A stretch of DNA of 64,000 nucleotides from an uncultured Gammaproteobacteria bacterium. GTDB taxonomy: Bacteria; Pseudomonadota; Gammaproteobacteria; JAGOUU01. The translations under genes were made by a program, and so were the position numbers. The notes under the pieces were generated by a model. The model was not told where the DNA came from. It ran no database searches and worked only from the letters and a program-made list of their open reading frames with translations. The stretch is taken from positions 5,572-69,571 of the forward strand of contig CAXBNV010000002.1 in the NCBI GenBank assembly GCA_963977185.1. Reading direction: 5' to 3'. Shown here one piece after another: positions 30,296 through 41,048 of the stretch. How positions within the stretch are numbered: position 1 is the stretch's first letter; the number at the start of each line of letters is the position of its first letter.

Positions 30296-30378
30296 AATTA
30301 TTAATATAATCTATAATGTAACTATATCCAAATGGTATTACTTTTCATAACTAGCAATCTCATGAATAAATCGAATAA

Positions 30379-31200
30379 TTGATTAAAAGGCAATTTAAAA
30401 TGGAAAACATTTACAATTATGAAACATTAAAAGTTGAAAGTATCTCTCATAAGAATAACAACATTTTTCAAGTGACTTTAAATAGAGAGCAAGCTTTAAA
30501 TTCTTTAAATTTAACTATGCTAAATGAATTAAGTAATCTTTTTGATAAAATTAAAAAAGATAATTCTATTAAAACTGTTTTAATAACAGGAGTCGGTAAA
30601 TCTTTTTGTGCAGGAGCTGATATTACACAACTTAAAATGTTAGATAAAGAAACTGGATATAGCTTTGCTACATCAGGCCAAGAAATATTTAATAAAATAG
30701 AAAATTTAGGCAAACCTGTCTTAGCTGCCATTAATGGTTATTGTTTTGGTGGGGGGTTAGAGCTAGCAATGGCCTGCACAATAAGAATAGCCAGTGATAA
30801 AGCTTTATTTGGGCAGCCAGAAATTAAACTTGGAATAATTCCAGGTTATGGCGGAACTCAAAGATTATCAAGATTAATAGGTAAAGGCAGAACAATCGAT
30901 GTATGTCTTACAGGTGACAATATAAAACCAGAAGATGCTTTAAATTGGGGATTAATAACAAAAATTACTGATAATCAAGAATTACTTAACATCAGTTATG
31001 ATGCCCTAATAAAATTAAACAAAATGCCTAGATTAGCTATGCAAAGCATTATTACAACTATAAACGAAGGCTTTAATTTGTACATGGATGAAGCATTAGA
31101 GTTAGAAGCTGAGCACTTTGCTAAATTATGTAGCAAAGAAGATAAAAATATAGGAGTTGATGCTTTTTTAAGTAAACAAAAACCTGAATTTAAAGATTAG
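30379..31200 (+). CDS. Enoyl-CoA hydratase/isomerase (crotonase) family protein
   Basis: 273-aa protein with the crotonase signatures ITGVGKSFCAGADI and NGYCFGGGLELAMACTIRIA. Confidence 0.85.
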   Translation: MIKRQFKMENIYNYETLKVESISHKNNNIFQVTLNREQALNSLNLTMLNELSNLFDKIKKDNSIKTVLITGVGKSFCAGADITQLKMLDKETGYSFATSGQEIFNKIENLGKPVLAAINGYCFGGGLELAMACTIRIASDKALFGQPEIKLGIIPGYGGTQRLSRLIGKGRTIDVCLTGDNIKPEDALNWGLITKITDNQELLNISYDALIKLNKMPRLAMQSIITTINEGFNLYMDEALELEAEHFAKLCSKEDKNIGVDAFLSKQKPEFKD

Positions 31201-31219
31201 TAATTTAAAAATAATTTAA

Positions 31220-32053
31220 TTATTCTTCATAATAATCAAAAGCATCTTTTACTTTAGAAAAACCTTCTAATTTAGAATTATCACCCTTAGGAAGGCCTAT
31301 TATATTAACTAATTTTTCTGTTTGAAAAACATTTTCTTTATTATTTAATAAATTATTTGTTCGATATAAAGGAGAAACTGACCAATATAAATCATAATCA
31401 AAAGATTCTAATAACATTATTAAATCTTTAGAATAACTTTTTACACTATTTTCTACATATAATATAGGTCTATATTTTTTTATAGTATTTGCAGCTCCAG
31501 TTAAAACATTTATTTCCATACCATTAGTTGTTACCTTCATAAGATTACAACGAGGTAAGTTTAATCTATCAATAACAACTACTGTCGTGCTTTCCCCTAC
31601 ACAATTAGAATTTAATGCTAGATCTGTTTTATTGCTTGATGTATTAAAATCTAACTCAGAAGAATATAAAGACTCTTGATGATTAGATAATGCTGCTTGG
31701 TGGGTGTAAATATTGCTAATATTATTAATGCTAATGTTGGCACATAACTGCTGAAAAATAAGCCGATTAGGCTCAAAAGCTAAAATAGCACCCTTGTTAC
31801 TTAATTTCTTAGCTAATGCTAAGGCATAAATACCTATATGAGATCCTATATCTAATACAATATCATCTTCATTAACTAACTTCTCTAAAACAGCAATTTC
31901 TTCAGCTGCATATTCTCCATATAATTCTAAAGATTGACCTGTTTTAAGATCATTTTTATTAAAAATATAATTTAAGTTATCATATTTTTCAATTTTTATT
32001 GGATTCTCAGAAATTTGCTCAGAAAAACATAGTTTAGATAATTTAGAATTCAT
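31220..32053 (-). CDS. FkbM-family SAM-dependent methyltransferase
   Basis: 277-aa protein with the SAM-binding motif VLDIGSHIGIYALALAKK and FkbM-like C-terminal region. Confidence 0.55.
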   Translation of the reverse strand: MNSKLSKLCFSEQISENPIKIEKYDNLNYIFNKNDLKTGQSLELYGEYAAEEIAVLEKLVNEDDIVLDIGSHIGIYALALAKKLSNKGAILAFEPNRLIFQQLCANISINNISNIYTHQAALSNHQESLYSSELDFNTSSNKTDLALNSNCVGESTTVVVIDRLNLPRCNLMKVTTNGMEINVLTGAANTIKKYRPILYVENSVKSYSKDLIMLLESFDYDLYWSVSPLYRTNNLLNNKENVFQTEKLVNIIGLPKGDNSKLEGFSKVKDAFDYYEE

Positions 32054-32333
32054 ACTTTGATCTCTCTTAAATCACATAAATATCTTATATTTACAGTATA
32101 GTTATATTTTTGATATTTGTATTAGAGATATCTATTTTAATATTACTTAAATCAGCTGCTTTTTTATTAAAAATCTGAAAAACGTTTGAATCACTAGTTT
32201 TATACTCAGATATATCATTTGTACAAAAATGCTCTAATTTTTTAGTAATTACTAATAAGCTAAAATTATTCATTCTTTATTCCTTTATAATATGATTAAA
32301 TATAATATCGGAATTAAAGTCATAAATAATAAA

Positions 32334-32861
32334 TTAATTATCTTTAGTCGCGCTATTAACCTTATTAATCACCTTTTCAGGAATAAATTTTTCTAACCAT
32401 TTAGACATTGGTTGTATTTGTGTAGTTAAAAAAGAATCTTGCCACATCTTATTTTTACTAAATTCGGTATAATTTACTATTAATACAATTACTGCAGCTA
32501 TTAATCCCCCTCTTAACAAGCCAAAAATAATACCCAATAATCTATCTGTGCCACTAAGCCCTGTGCTTTTAACTAAAACAGAAATTAAATGACTTATAAT
32601 AGAGCCTGAAATTAAACATACAATAAAAATAACCCCTATCGACATTCCAGATCTTAAAGTTACATTATCTGTAATTCCTATAAAATAATGAGTAAAATCT
32701 TCATAAAATTTCATGGCAATTATCACTGATAAAGTCCAAACAACTATAGACAAAGCTTCTTTGACAAAACCTCTAAATAGCCCTATTACAATAGATATCA
32801 AAACTACCAAAATTATTCCTATATCTATTAAAGTAAAATCTACAAAGCTTGTTTCTTTCAT
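32334..32861 (-). CDS. cvpA: Colicin V production protein CvpA
   Basis: 175-aa protein with 4 TM segments and a CvpA-like N-terminus. It is the last gene of a conserved accD-folC-dedD-cvpA block. Confidence 0.8.
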   Translation of the reverse strand: MKETSFVDFTLIDIGIILVVLISIVIGLFRGFVKEALSIVVWTLSVIIAMKFYEDFTHYFIGITDNVTLRSGMSIGVIFIVCLISGSIISHLISVLVKSTGLSGTDRLLGIIFGLLRGGLIAAVIVLIVNYTEFSKNKMWQDSFLTTQIQPMSKWLEKFIPEKVINKVNSATKDN

Positions 32862-32883
32862 TTATTTATCCTATTTAATTATT

Positions 32884-33318
32884 TTATAATGCAACAACTG
32901 TATTATTTGGTGAAATATTTACATTATATTCTTCTATAACTGAATGAAGTTTATATTCTTTAAAAATTTCCTGAGCTTTAGTATTAAGTCGATTTTGATC
33001 AGTATCTGGACCTAAATATAAAATATATTTAGAATTAACTAACTTTAAATAAACATGATAGCCTTTATTTATAAATTTATTATAAATATTATAAGCATCA
33101 CTTTTTTTATTCTGTGGAAATTCTACAATTTTTAAAGCCCAAGCAGTAAAAAGTGTATCTTTACCAATATTATTTTGCACTTTATTTTTAAGTGGCTCAG
33201 GAGCGTAATTGGGCAAATAATAAGAATAATCTAACAATATTATTAAACACCAAGTTAAAATTAATAATAATAAGATTAATAATTTATTATATTTTCTTTT
33301 TTTAAATACATTTATCAT
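32884..33318 (-). CDS. dedD: DedD-like membrane-anchored protein with a probable SPOR domain
   Basis: 144-aa protein with an N-terminal TM anchor and a C-terminal ~70-aa domain. It lies between folC and cvpA, as dedD does in E. coli. Confidence 0.45.
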   Translation of the reverse strand: MINVFKKRKYNKLLILLLLILTWCLIILLDYSYYLPNYAPEPLKNKVQNNIGKDTLFTAWALKIVEFPQNKKSDAYNIYNKFINKGYHVYLKLVNSKYILYLGPDTDQNRLNTKAQEIFKEYKLHSVIEEYNVNISPNNTVVAL

Positions 33319-34654
33319 ATAATTGGCTTACTGTATAAAATGATCCAAAAACTACTAACAAATCATCAGTGGTTAACTCTTCTTTAAAATAATTGAAAGC
33401 TTCTATTGCTTTATCAAATTGATAAGTATTACTATCTGGTATAAAATTTTGCAAAGATAAACTATTATGCCCCCTAGAATTTGTTAAAGACAAATCTATT
33501 AACCCCCACGAGTCTATTACACTTGTCATATGAGTTAAACATTTTTTAGCATTCTTATCTTGCAACATACCACAAATAGCATAAACTTTATTAAATTTAT
33601 ATTTGTTTTTTAAATTAGAAATCTTTTTAAATAAGTTGTATATAGCATGCTCGTTATGGGCTATATCAAATAATAAATTAAATTTTTCTAATTTTAAAAA
33701 CTCAGCTCTTGCTGGCATTTTAAAATTTTCATTAAAATTACTGAAAAATTTATTTAAATACTCTTCAGATAATATTAAGTTTTTATTTCTATTATTAACC
33801 AAAACTAGTTTTAAACATATAGCTATATTATCTAAAACTATTCCTGAATTAAACTCTATATTTATATTAAACTTATTATTAAATTTGTCTTTATAAATAT
33901 ACTTTTCTAATTTAGTATCTAATTTAGTATCTAATTTAGTTTCTAATTTATTTTTACTAGATAAAATAATTGAAAAATCTTTATTTAAAACTTTAATTTT
34001 AGCCTTACATTTTTGTGCTTGTTTAAAAGCTGTATCCGGAATATTATCGCCAAAAATAACTGTAGAATTAATTTTAATAATTCCAGCTTTCTCATATGCT
34101 ATTTCATCAAGAGTATTTCCTAAGAATTTTTGATGATCTAACGCTACAGATGTAATTATAGAAAAATCATTATCTATAATATTTACAGCATCTAACCTTC
34201 CGCCTAAACCTACTTCAAGAATCAATAAGTCTAAATTATAAAAATTATAATAAATATACCACGCACTTAAAAAAACAAACTCAAAATAACTTATTTTATA
34301 TTCTCTTTGATATTCTAAAAAAACTTTGCTAACAGCATTAAAAGCTTGAATTAATTTATCATCAGATATGAAATTATTATTAATACTAACTCTTTCATTA
34401 AATTTCATTAAATGAGGAGAAATAAAACTTGCAGTGTTATACCCTGCTTTAGAATATAATGTCTCTAATAATTTTACAGTTGTACCTTTACCATTAGTTC
34501 CTGCAACTGTTATAACTTGTTTCGCTGGTTTTCCCAAATTAAGTTTTTTAGAGTAAAACTCAACTCTCTCTAAACCAAGCATAATCTTGCTATCAGATGC
34601 AGTTAAACTCTCAATTTTTTCAAGCCATTTATCTAAGCTTACTAAATTTTCCAT
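33302..34654 (-). CDS. folC: Bifunctional folylpolyglutamate synthase / dihydrofolate synthase
   Basis: 450-aa protein with the Mur-ligase P-loop VAGTNGKGTT. It contains an in-frame (TKLD)n insertion. Confidence 0.9.
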   Translation of the reverse strand: MENLVSLDKWLEKIESLTASDSKIMLGLERVEFYSKKLNLGKPAKQVITVAGTNGKGTTVKLLETLYSKAGYNTASFISPHLMKFNERVSINNNFISDDKLIQAFNAVSKVFLEYQREYKISYFEFVFLSAWYIYYNFYNLDLLILEVGLGGRLDAVNIIDNDFSIITSVALDHQKFLGNTLDEIAYEKAGIIKINSTVIFGDNIPDTAFKQAQKCKAKIKVLNKDFSIILSSKNKLETKLDTKLDTKLEKYIYKDKFNNKFNINIEFNSGIVLDNIAICLKLVLVNNRNKNLILSEEYLNKFFSNFNENFKMPARAEFLKLEKFNLLFDIAHNEHAIYNLFKKISNLKNKYKFNKVYAICGMLQDKNAKKCLTHMTSVIDSWGLIDLSLTNSRGHNSLSLQNFIPDSNTYQFDKAIEAFNYFKEELTTDDLLVVFGSFYTVSQLYDKCI

Positions 34655-34659
34655 AAATA

Positions 34660-35526
34660 CTACTTATTTATAAGCTTAGATATTAAATTAGACACTTTAT
34701 CTTTCATATTTCTTCTGTCAATAATCATATCAATAAAACCATGCTCTAATAAAAATTCACTTTTTTGAAATCCTTCAGGTAAAGTTTCTCTTACAGTTTG
34801 TTCTATGACTCTTGGTCCTGCAAATCCAATTAAAGCATTTGGCTCAGCAATGTTTATATCTCCTAACATTGCCAAACTTGCAGAAACTCCACCAAAAGTA
34901 GGATTTACTAATATAGAAACATAAGGTAACTTTGCATTAGAAAGTTTTTTTAATACTGCACTAGTTTTAGCCATTTGCATTAAAGAAGTTAAACCTTCTT
35001 GCATCCTGGCGCCACCGCTTGTTGAAAAGCATATAAATGGCATTTTGTGCTCTATAGCATATTCGCAAGCTTTAACAAACTTACTGCCAACACACGCACC
35101 CATTGAACCACCAATAAAACTAAACTCAAAAGAACATATCACCACATCAATAGAATTTAATTTTCCATGCATGGCAACAAGAGCATCTTTTTCTCCAGTT
35201 TGTTTTTGAGCACTACTTAGTCTGTCTTTATATTTTTTAGTGTCTTTAAATTTCAAATAATCAATTGGTTTGATATTTTTCCCAATTTCTATATTAGAAA
35301 AATCACTAGTTTCTTCATCTAAAAATAACTCTAATCTTTCTCTGGCCTTAATAGGCATATGGTAATTACACTTAGTACATACATGTATATTTTGTTTTAA
35401 ATCTGCTTTATATAAGAAAGCACTACAAGATTTACATTTAGTCCAAACTCCTTCAGGGACTGCTTTTCTACGCTCAGATATTGATGTTCTAACTTTTTGA
35501 GGAAATAATTTTTTGATCCAGCTCAT
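34660..35526 (-). CDS. accD: Acetyl-CoA carboxylase carboxyltransferase beta subunit
   Basis: 288-aa protein with the N-terminal Zn-finger [10 protein letters not shown]…CTKCNYH and a carboxyltransferase domain. Confidence 0.95.
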   Translation of the reverse strand: MSWIKKLFPQKVRTSISERRKAVPEGVWTKCKSCSAFLYKADLKQNIHVCTKCNYHMPIKARERLELFLDEETSDFSNIEIGKNIKPIDYLKFKDTKKYKDRLSSAQKQTGEKDALVAMHGKLNSIDVVICSFEFSFIGGSMGACVGSKFVKACEYAIEHKMPFICFSTSGGARMQEGLTSLMQMAKTSAVLKKLSNAKLPYVSILVNPTFGGVSASLAMLGDINIAEPNALIGFAGPRVIEQTVRETLPEGFQKSEFLLEHGFIDMIIDRRNMKDKVSNLISKLINK

Positions 35527-35623
35527 ATACTAAAAAGTACCTTACATTAAGTTTTATAATTTTCATAAAATTATGCTATCGTATGATATTGTAATCAATA
35601 TTTATTTCAAATTGCAAAATAAT

Positions 35624-36808
35624 ATGAACAATTTAAGCTTTTTTATTGCAAAAAAATATAGTTTATCAAAAGTAATCTGTTATGTTGCAATAATAGCCTT
35701 AACTATGGGCATTGCTTGTATTTTGACCGTCGCATCCGTGATGAATGGATTTTATGATATATTAGACAAAAAACTATCTAATATAATTTCAAACGTTATT
35801 ATTTTTAATGTAGATAATAACTTATATAATGAGTTATTAAGTTTGCAAAAACAAAAAGACTCGGGCTTTAATAACATTAAAGATATTGAAAAAATTTTAC
35901 AAACTCAAGCTTTTTTTACTAATAATAACAAAATTGATTATTTAGCAGTTCAAAATTCTTCTAAAAACACCAAGAATAAGTATGAAGATAATAATTCAGG
36001 AATCACTATAAGTAAACAATATGCAAAAGATAGTAATCTAAAAGTAAATCAAGATATAACTTTACTCTTTAATAATAAAGAAAATAAACTAGAACAACTG
36101 CCGATTAAAATAAAAAATATAAATTATGAAACTGTACAGGTTTTAAATCAAATAGCATATATATCAAGACAAGACCCAAATTTTTCAAAAATATTTAATA
36201 ATAATATAAATTACTCTACTAATTTACAAATTAAATTAGATAATCCTCATAATGCAAATAACTTTAAAATAAAATTATTAGATAAATTTAAAGATCACAA
36301 TCCTAAATTAGTAATATATACCTGGGAAGAAATTTTTGGTTCTATTTTAGATGGTATAAAGTATACCAAACAAATTATGTTTATTATTTTATTTTTTATG
36401 ATTATAGTTGCAACTTTTAATATACTTGCAACCATAACTATCACCATTAAAGAAAAACAAGGCGAAATTGCCATACTACAAACTATTGGTGCAACAAAGC
36501 CGTTTATTTTTAAAATATTTATTTCTCAGAGCATGATTTTTTCAACTATAGCTTTAACGTCGGGAATTATATTAAGCTATATTTTATGCTTATTTATTTC
36601 TGATATTACTAAGTTTATTGAAAGTATTTTTAATATAATATTAATTAATCCTGATAATTATCTGATAGATTACTTACCAACTAAATATTCACTAATTGAT
36701 GTACTATATATATCTATATTTACTTATTTGATAAATATCATAATAGCAATAATTCCTGCATATAAAGCAACAAAAACTAATCCTGTGCAACTATTACGAT
36801 ATGAGTAA
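35624..36808 (+). CDS. lolC: LolC/LolE-family lipoprotein-releasing ABC permease (FtsX-like)
   Basis: The N-terminus SKVICYVAIIALTMGIACILTVASVMNGF matches LolC; the C-terminus AILQTIGATK…KATKTNPVQLLRYE matches LolC …RAAATQPAEALRYE. Architecture is 1 TM, a periplasmic domain, then 3 TM. The ORF track starts at 35573; the more likely start is the Met at 35624. Confidence 0.7.
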   Translation: MNNLSFFIAKKYSLSKVICYVAIIALTMGIACILTVASVMNGFYDILDKKLSNIISNVIIFNVDNNLYNELLSLQKQKDSGFNNIKDIEKILQTQAFFTNNNKIDYLAVQNSSKNTKNKYEDNNSGITISKQYAKDSNLKVNQDITLLFNNKENKLEQLPIKIKNINYETVQVLNQIAYISRQDPNFSKIFNNNINYSTNLQIKLDNPHNANNFKIKLLDKFKDHNPKLVIYTWEEIFGSILDGIKYTKQIMFIILFFMIIVATFNILATITITIKEKQGEIAILQTIGATKPFIFKIFISQSMIFSTIALTSGIILSYILCLFISDITKFIESIFNIILINPDNYLIDYLPTKYSLIDVLYISIFTYLINIIIAIIPAYKATKTNPVQLLRYE

Positions 36809-36836
36809 TAGCTGCATAAGTACTGGATAAGTAAAG

Positions 36837-38438
36837 CTACAATATATCTTTAGTATCAGAAAACTTTACTTTAGGCCACTTTTCTTCTGTTAAATGTAAA
36901 TTAACCCTAGATGGTGCTATATATACCAATGATTCACTTGCATCTAAAGCTAAATTGGCTTCAGCTCTTGATTTAAATAAATTAAAATCTTTGAGCTCTT
37001 GTTTATCTTTAGGCGTAACCCATCTTACTGTATGAACATTAACCTGATCATAAATACAATCAACACCATACTCATATTTTAGCCTGTGAGCAACAACATC
37101 GAACTGTAGAACCCCAACAGCTCCTAAAATAATATCATTGCTTATAAATGGCTTAAATATCTGTGTAGCCCCTTCTTCTGATAATTGAATTAAACCTTTT
37201 ATTAAAGCTTTTAGTTTTAATGGATCTTTAGTTCTTACTTTTTTAAATAATTCTGGAGCAAAATGTGGAATCCCAGTAAATTGTAACTTTTCACCTTTTG
37301 TAAAACTATCACCAATCTGAATTGTTCCATGGTTATGTAATCCTACTATATCTCCAGCATATGCGGCTTCAGTAATTTCTCGACCTTGAGCCATAAAAGT
37401 TACAGGGTTTGAGATAGCGATGTCTTTATTTATTCTAACTTGATGAACTTTTTCACCACGATTTAAAGAACCTGAGCATATTTTCAAAAATGCTATTCTG
37501 TCTCGATGTTTAGGATCCATATTAGCCTGTATTTTAAACACAAAACCAGAAAAATTAGTATCTAATGCTTTTATAGTTTTTACATCAGTTTCATAATCAC
37601 CTGGCGCAGGAGCATATTCTGTAAATAAATCTAATAACTCTCTTACACCAAAATTTTTTAACGCTGTTCCAAAAAGCACCGGAGTTAATTTACCTGCTAG
37701 ATATTCATTAATATCTAATTCATGGCTTGCCCCTTTAACTAATTCTATCTCTTCTTTTAGGTTATTTAGAATATCTTCATCAATACTGTTTTGAGCTTCT
37801 TGGGACTCTAAGCCTTTTATTATAATTGGCTCATAAAGAGCTTCAGCTCTTACATTTTTATATAAAATTATTTCATCTTTATAAATATGATATATTCCAG
37901 CTAAAGTATCTGCTCCACCTATTGGCCATGTCACAGGTGCACACTTGATCTTTAATACTGTCTCTATCTCATCTAATAAATCTAGATAATCTTTACCATG
38001 CCTGTCTATTTTATTAATAAAAGTAAAAATAGGTGTTGTTCGCATACGACAAACATCCATTAGCTTTTTAGTTCTATCCTCAACACCTTTGGCAACATCT
38101 ATCACCATTAATGCTGATTCAACGGCTGTCAAAGTTCTATACGTATCCTCAGAAAAATCTTCATGCCCTGGAGTATCTAACAAATTTACTATTTTTTGAT
38201 TATAAATAAACTGCATTACTGATGTTGTAACTGATATACCTCTTTGCTTTTCAAGCTCCATCCAATCAGAGGTAGCATGTTTACCTGCTTTCTTAGCTTT
38301 AATAGTACCAGCTAACTGAATAGCGCCTCCATATAACAATAATTTTTCTGTTATAGTAGTTTTCCCTGCATCAGGATGAGAAATAATAGCAAAAGTTCTT
38401 CTTTTGTTTACTTGAGTTTCTAAAATACTAGAGGACAT
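36837..38438 (-). CDS. prfC: Peptide chain release factor 3
   Basis: 533-aa translational GTPase with the motifs [12 protein letters not shown] and DTPGHEDF. Full-length RF3. Confidence 0.95.
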   Translation of the reverse strand: MSSSILETQVNKRRTFAIISHPDAGKTTITEKLLLYGGAIQLAGTIKAKKAGKHATSDWMELEKQRGISVTTSVMQFIYNQKIVNLLDTPGHEDFSEDTYRTLTAVESALMVIDVAKGVEDRTKKLMDVCRMRTTPIFTFINKIDRHGKDYLDLLDEIETVLKIKCAPVTWPIGGADTLAGIYHIYKDEIILYKNVRAEALYEPIIIKGLESQEAQNSIDEDILNNLKEEIELVKGASHELDINEYLAGKLTPVLFGTALKNFGVRELLDLFTEYAPAPGDYETDVKTIKALDTNFSGFVFKIQANMDPKHRDRIAFLKICSGSLNRGEKVHQVRINKDIAISNPVTFMAQGREITEAAYAGDIVGLHNHGTIQIGDSFTKGEKLQFTGIPHFAPELFKKVRTKDPLKLKALIKGLIQLSEEGATQIFKPFISNDIILGAVGVLQFDVVAHRLKYEYGVDCIYDQVNVHTVRWVTPKDKQELKDFNLFKSRAEANLALDASESLVYIAPSRVNLHLTEEKWPKVKFSDTKDIL

Positions 38439-38487
38439 AATAAAAATATATCAATCGTTTATAATTGATGCATTATAACATAACTTT

Positions 38488-38976
38488 CTATAATTTTAAT
38501 TGCATAACGATAGCATCTTCAGCGTTAAATTTGTTTTTATTATTTAAATCTTTAATTTTATAATAATTCTTGCGCTCACCTATCCTTTTAAAGCCACAAG
38601 ATTGATATAAAGATATAGCTGATACATTAGATTTCATTACTTCTAAGATAATTTCTTCTATGTTTTGCTTTTGAAGAGCATTGATTATCTGCATTAAAAA
38701 CCAAGAGCCATAACCAAGACCCTGATAATGCTTATCTATTGTTATTTTATGTAATTCAGAAATATTATCTACAATAAACAGAATAATATAACCAATTATT
38801 TTGTTTTTATTATCTTTTAAGATTTTAAAAACATATAAATCTTTTTTTGTTAAGATATCTTTAAATGTATTAATATCCCAGGAATTAGAATAATGACTAT
38901 AAGCTTCATTTTCTAAATTTTGAATACAATGCAAATCTTTATCTTTTAAATCTTCTATTATTAACTGTCTTATCAT
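38488..38976 (-). CDS. rimI: GNAT N-acetyltransferase (RimI-like)
   Basis: 162-aa GNAT fold (…QGLGYGSWFL…). It lies between prfC and a putative holD, as in the E. coli holD-rimI-yjjG-prfC region. Confidence 0.6.
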   Translation of the reverse strand: MIRQLIIEDLKDKDLHCIQNLENEAYSHYSNSWDINTFKDILTKKDLYVFKILKDNKNKIIGYIILFIVDNISELHKITIDKHYQGLGYGSWFLMQIINALQKQNIEEIILEVMKSNVSAISLYQSCGFKRIGERKNYYKIKDLNNKNKFNAEDAIVMQLKL

Positions 38977-38994
38977 AGCTCATAGCAATAATTA

Positions 38995-39534
38995 CTAAAT
39001 AGTGATGAATTTAATATAGCGCCATAATTCTTTTTTTAAATTTGGTCGAGAAATTAACAAATTTAAATCTAAATCCTTATTAAAAGTTAATTTTTTATTA
39101 ATATTAGTTGTCGAAAGCTTTTTATATAAATCAGGACCTAAAGCTAAAATATTTATATATTCTAAATTATTTAATTGCTCACAATTAGCATGTAATGACT
39201 CAATATTGTCTAAATGCTTTAAAACTGCAATATCCCAAACATTATTATAATTATTAAAATAAAAAACTATCTCTTTTAATATTTTTTCATCTGATTGGCT
39301 ATTAATTTCTAGTAATAATAATTTTTTAGATTGAGTATCTGATGATTTAAAATAATATTTAAAAAATATATTATTTATAGCTAAATATTTTTTAAATCTA
39401 TACCGCCAATTATTAATTTTTAAGATATCTAAAATATTAGGAGTCATAAAATTTTTATTGCTGAAAAATAATAATAAATTTGAGTAGCAAACACAACTCC
39501 ATGAACAAATATTGGTTTTGTGCTTGCTACGCAA
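38995..39534 (-). CDS. holD: Putative DNA polymerase III psi subunit (HolD). Call is weak and rests on gene order plus faint motif similarity.
   Basis: The gene lies immediately upstream of rimI. The internal Met start MTPNILDILKINNWRYR resembles HolD RRDWQLQQLGITQWSLR, and the C-terminal …LKKELWRYI resembles HolD …RAALWQQI. Overall similarity is low. Confidence 0.35.
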   Translation of the reverse strand: MRSKHKTNICSWSCVCYSNLLLFFSNKNFMTPNILDILKINNWRYRFKKYLAINNIFFKYYFKSSDTQSKKLLLLEINSQSDEKILKEIVFYFNNYNNVWDIAVLKHLDNIESLHANCEQLNNLEYINILALGPDLYKKLSTTNINKKLTFNKDLDLNLLISRPNLKKELWRYIKFITI

Positions 39535-39556
39535 TAATTATTTTATCACATCCTAT

Positions 39557-40972
39557 TTATTTAGGAGCGATTAAATCAGTAATAGTTCCCTCAAACATTT
39601 CTGTTGCTAAAGCCACAGACTCTGATAAAGTTGGGTGTGGATGTATTGTTAATGCAATATCTTCTGCATCACAACCCATCTCAATTGCAAGTGCTACTTC
39701 TGAAATTAATTCACCAGCATTAATACCAACTATACCTGCACCAATAACTCTATTAGTATCTTTATCAAATAATAATTTAGTTAAACCTTCATCACGCCCT
39801 TGAGCAATTGCACGGCCAGATGCCATCCATGGGAATTTGCCAACACCATAATTCAGTTTTTGCTCTTTTGCTTCAGGCTCTGTTATACCAACCCATGCAA
39901 CTTCAGGATCAGTATATGCAACAGATGGAATAACTTTAGGTTCAAAATAATGCTTTTTACCAGATATAACTTCAGCTGCAAGTCTACCTTCTGCAGATGC
40001 TTTATGAGCTAACATTGGATTACCTATGATATCTCCTATGGCATATATATTTGCAACATTCGTACGCATTTGCTTATCAACACTAATAAAACCTTTATCA
40101 TCAACATTAACACCTGCTTTATCAGCATCGATTAATTTACCATTTGGGATACGGCCAACACTAACTAAAACTTTATCAAATCTAACTGGTTCTTTAGGTG
40201 CATCTTTGCCTTCAAATGTTGCATATAAACCATCTTTTTTAGCTTCAATTTTTGTTACAGCTGTTTTTAAATAGATTTTTTCATATTTTTTCTTAACTCT
40301 GTTTTGATAAGGCTTAACTAAATCTGGATCTAATCCACCCATTAAGCCATCCATCATCTCAACAACTGTAATTTTAGAGCCCAAAGCATTATAAACAGTA
40401 GCCATTTCAAGACCAATAATACCCCCGCCTAAAATTAAAAGGTTTTCTGGTATATCTTTTAATAATAAAGCATCTGTAGAATCCATTACTCTTGAATCAT
40501 CTGGAATAAAAGGTAATTGAACTGGTCGTGATCCTGCTGCTATTATAGAATTTTTAAAATTAACTGTAGTTTTACTTCCATCTTTTTCTACTACTAAAGT
40601 ATTCTTATCTACAAACTTACCATTACCCTCAACAACAGTGACTTTACGTTGCTTAGCCATTGCTTTAAGACCAGTGGTTAATTTACCAACAACTTTTTTC
40701 TCAACCCATTCACGCATTTTTTTATGATCAACTTTTGGTTTAGAAAAAGTAACACCACACTCAGATACTTCTTCTGATTCTTCGATTACTTTTGATAAAT
40801 GTAATAATGCTTTTGATGGAATACAACCTACATTTAAACATACTCCACCTAATGTAGAATACTTTTCAACTAAAACTGTTTTAATGCCTAAGTCTGCGGC
40901 TCTAAAAGCTGCACTATATCCACCAGGGCCTGAGCCTAAAACTACTAATTCTGCATCAATATGATTTGTCAT
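39557..40972 (-). CDS. lpdA: Dihydrolipoyl dehydrogenase (E3)
   Basis: 471-aa protein with the FAD motif GSGPGGYSAAFRAADLG and the redox-active GGVCLNVGCIPSK. Confidence 0.95.
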   Translation of the reverse strand: MTNHIDAELVVLGSGPGGYSAAFRAADLGIKTVLVEKYSTLGGVCLNVGCIPSKALLHLSKVIEESEEVSECGVTFSKPKVDHKKMREWVEKKVVGKLTTGLKAMAKQRKVTVVEGNGKFVDKNTLVVEKDGSKTTVNFKNSIIAAGSRPVQLPFIPDDSRVMDSTDALLLKDIPENLLILGGGIIGLEMATVYNALGSKITVVEMMDGLMGGLDPDLVKPYQNRVKKKYEKIYLKTAVTKIEAKKDGLYATFEGKDAPKEPVRFDKVLVSVGRIPNGKLIDADKAGVNVDDKGFISVDKQMRTNVANIYAIGDIIGNPMLAHKASAEGRLAAEVISGKKHYFEPKVIPSVAYTDPEVAWVGITEPEAKEQKLNYGVGKFPWMASGRAIAQGRDEGLTKLLFDKDTNRVIGAGIVGINAGELISEVALAIEMGCDAEDIALTIHPHPTLSESVALATEMFEGTITDLIAPK

Positions 40973-41048
40973 AAAAACTCCTAATTTTAAATTGCTTTTC
41001 TTTTAATCTTTCTTTAGCAAGACAAAGATTAATTAAAAGAAGAGCCTG

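Noticed and set aside
32091-32273. 60-aa ORF between the FkbM methyltransferase and cvpA
   Set aside because: Short and N/I/K-rich with no motif. It is probably a non-coding intergenic region, possibly the cvpA 3' region.
39480-40274. Three small plus-strand ORFs (39480-39803, 39800-40012, 40026-40274)
   Set aside because: All are antisense to the highly conserved lpdA coding sequence.
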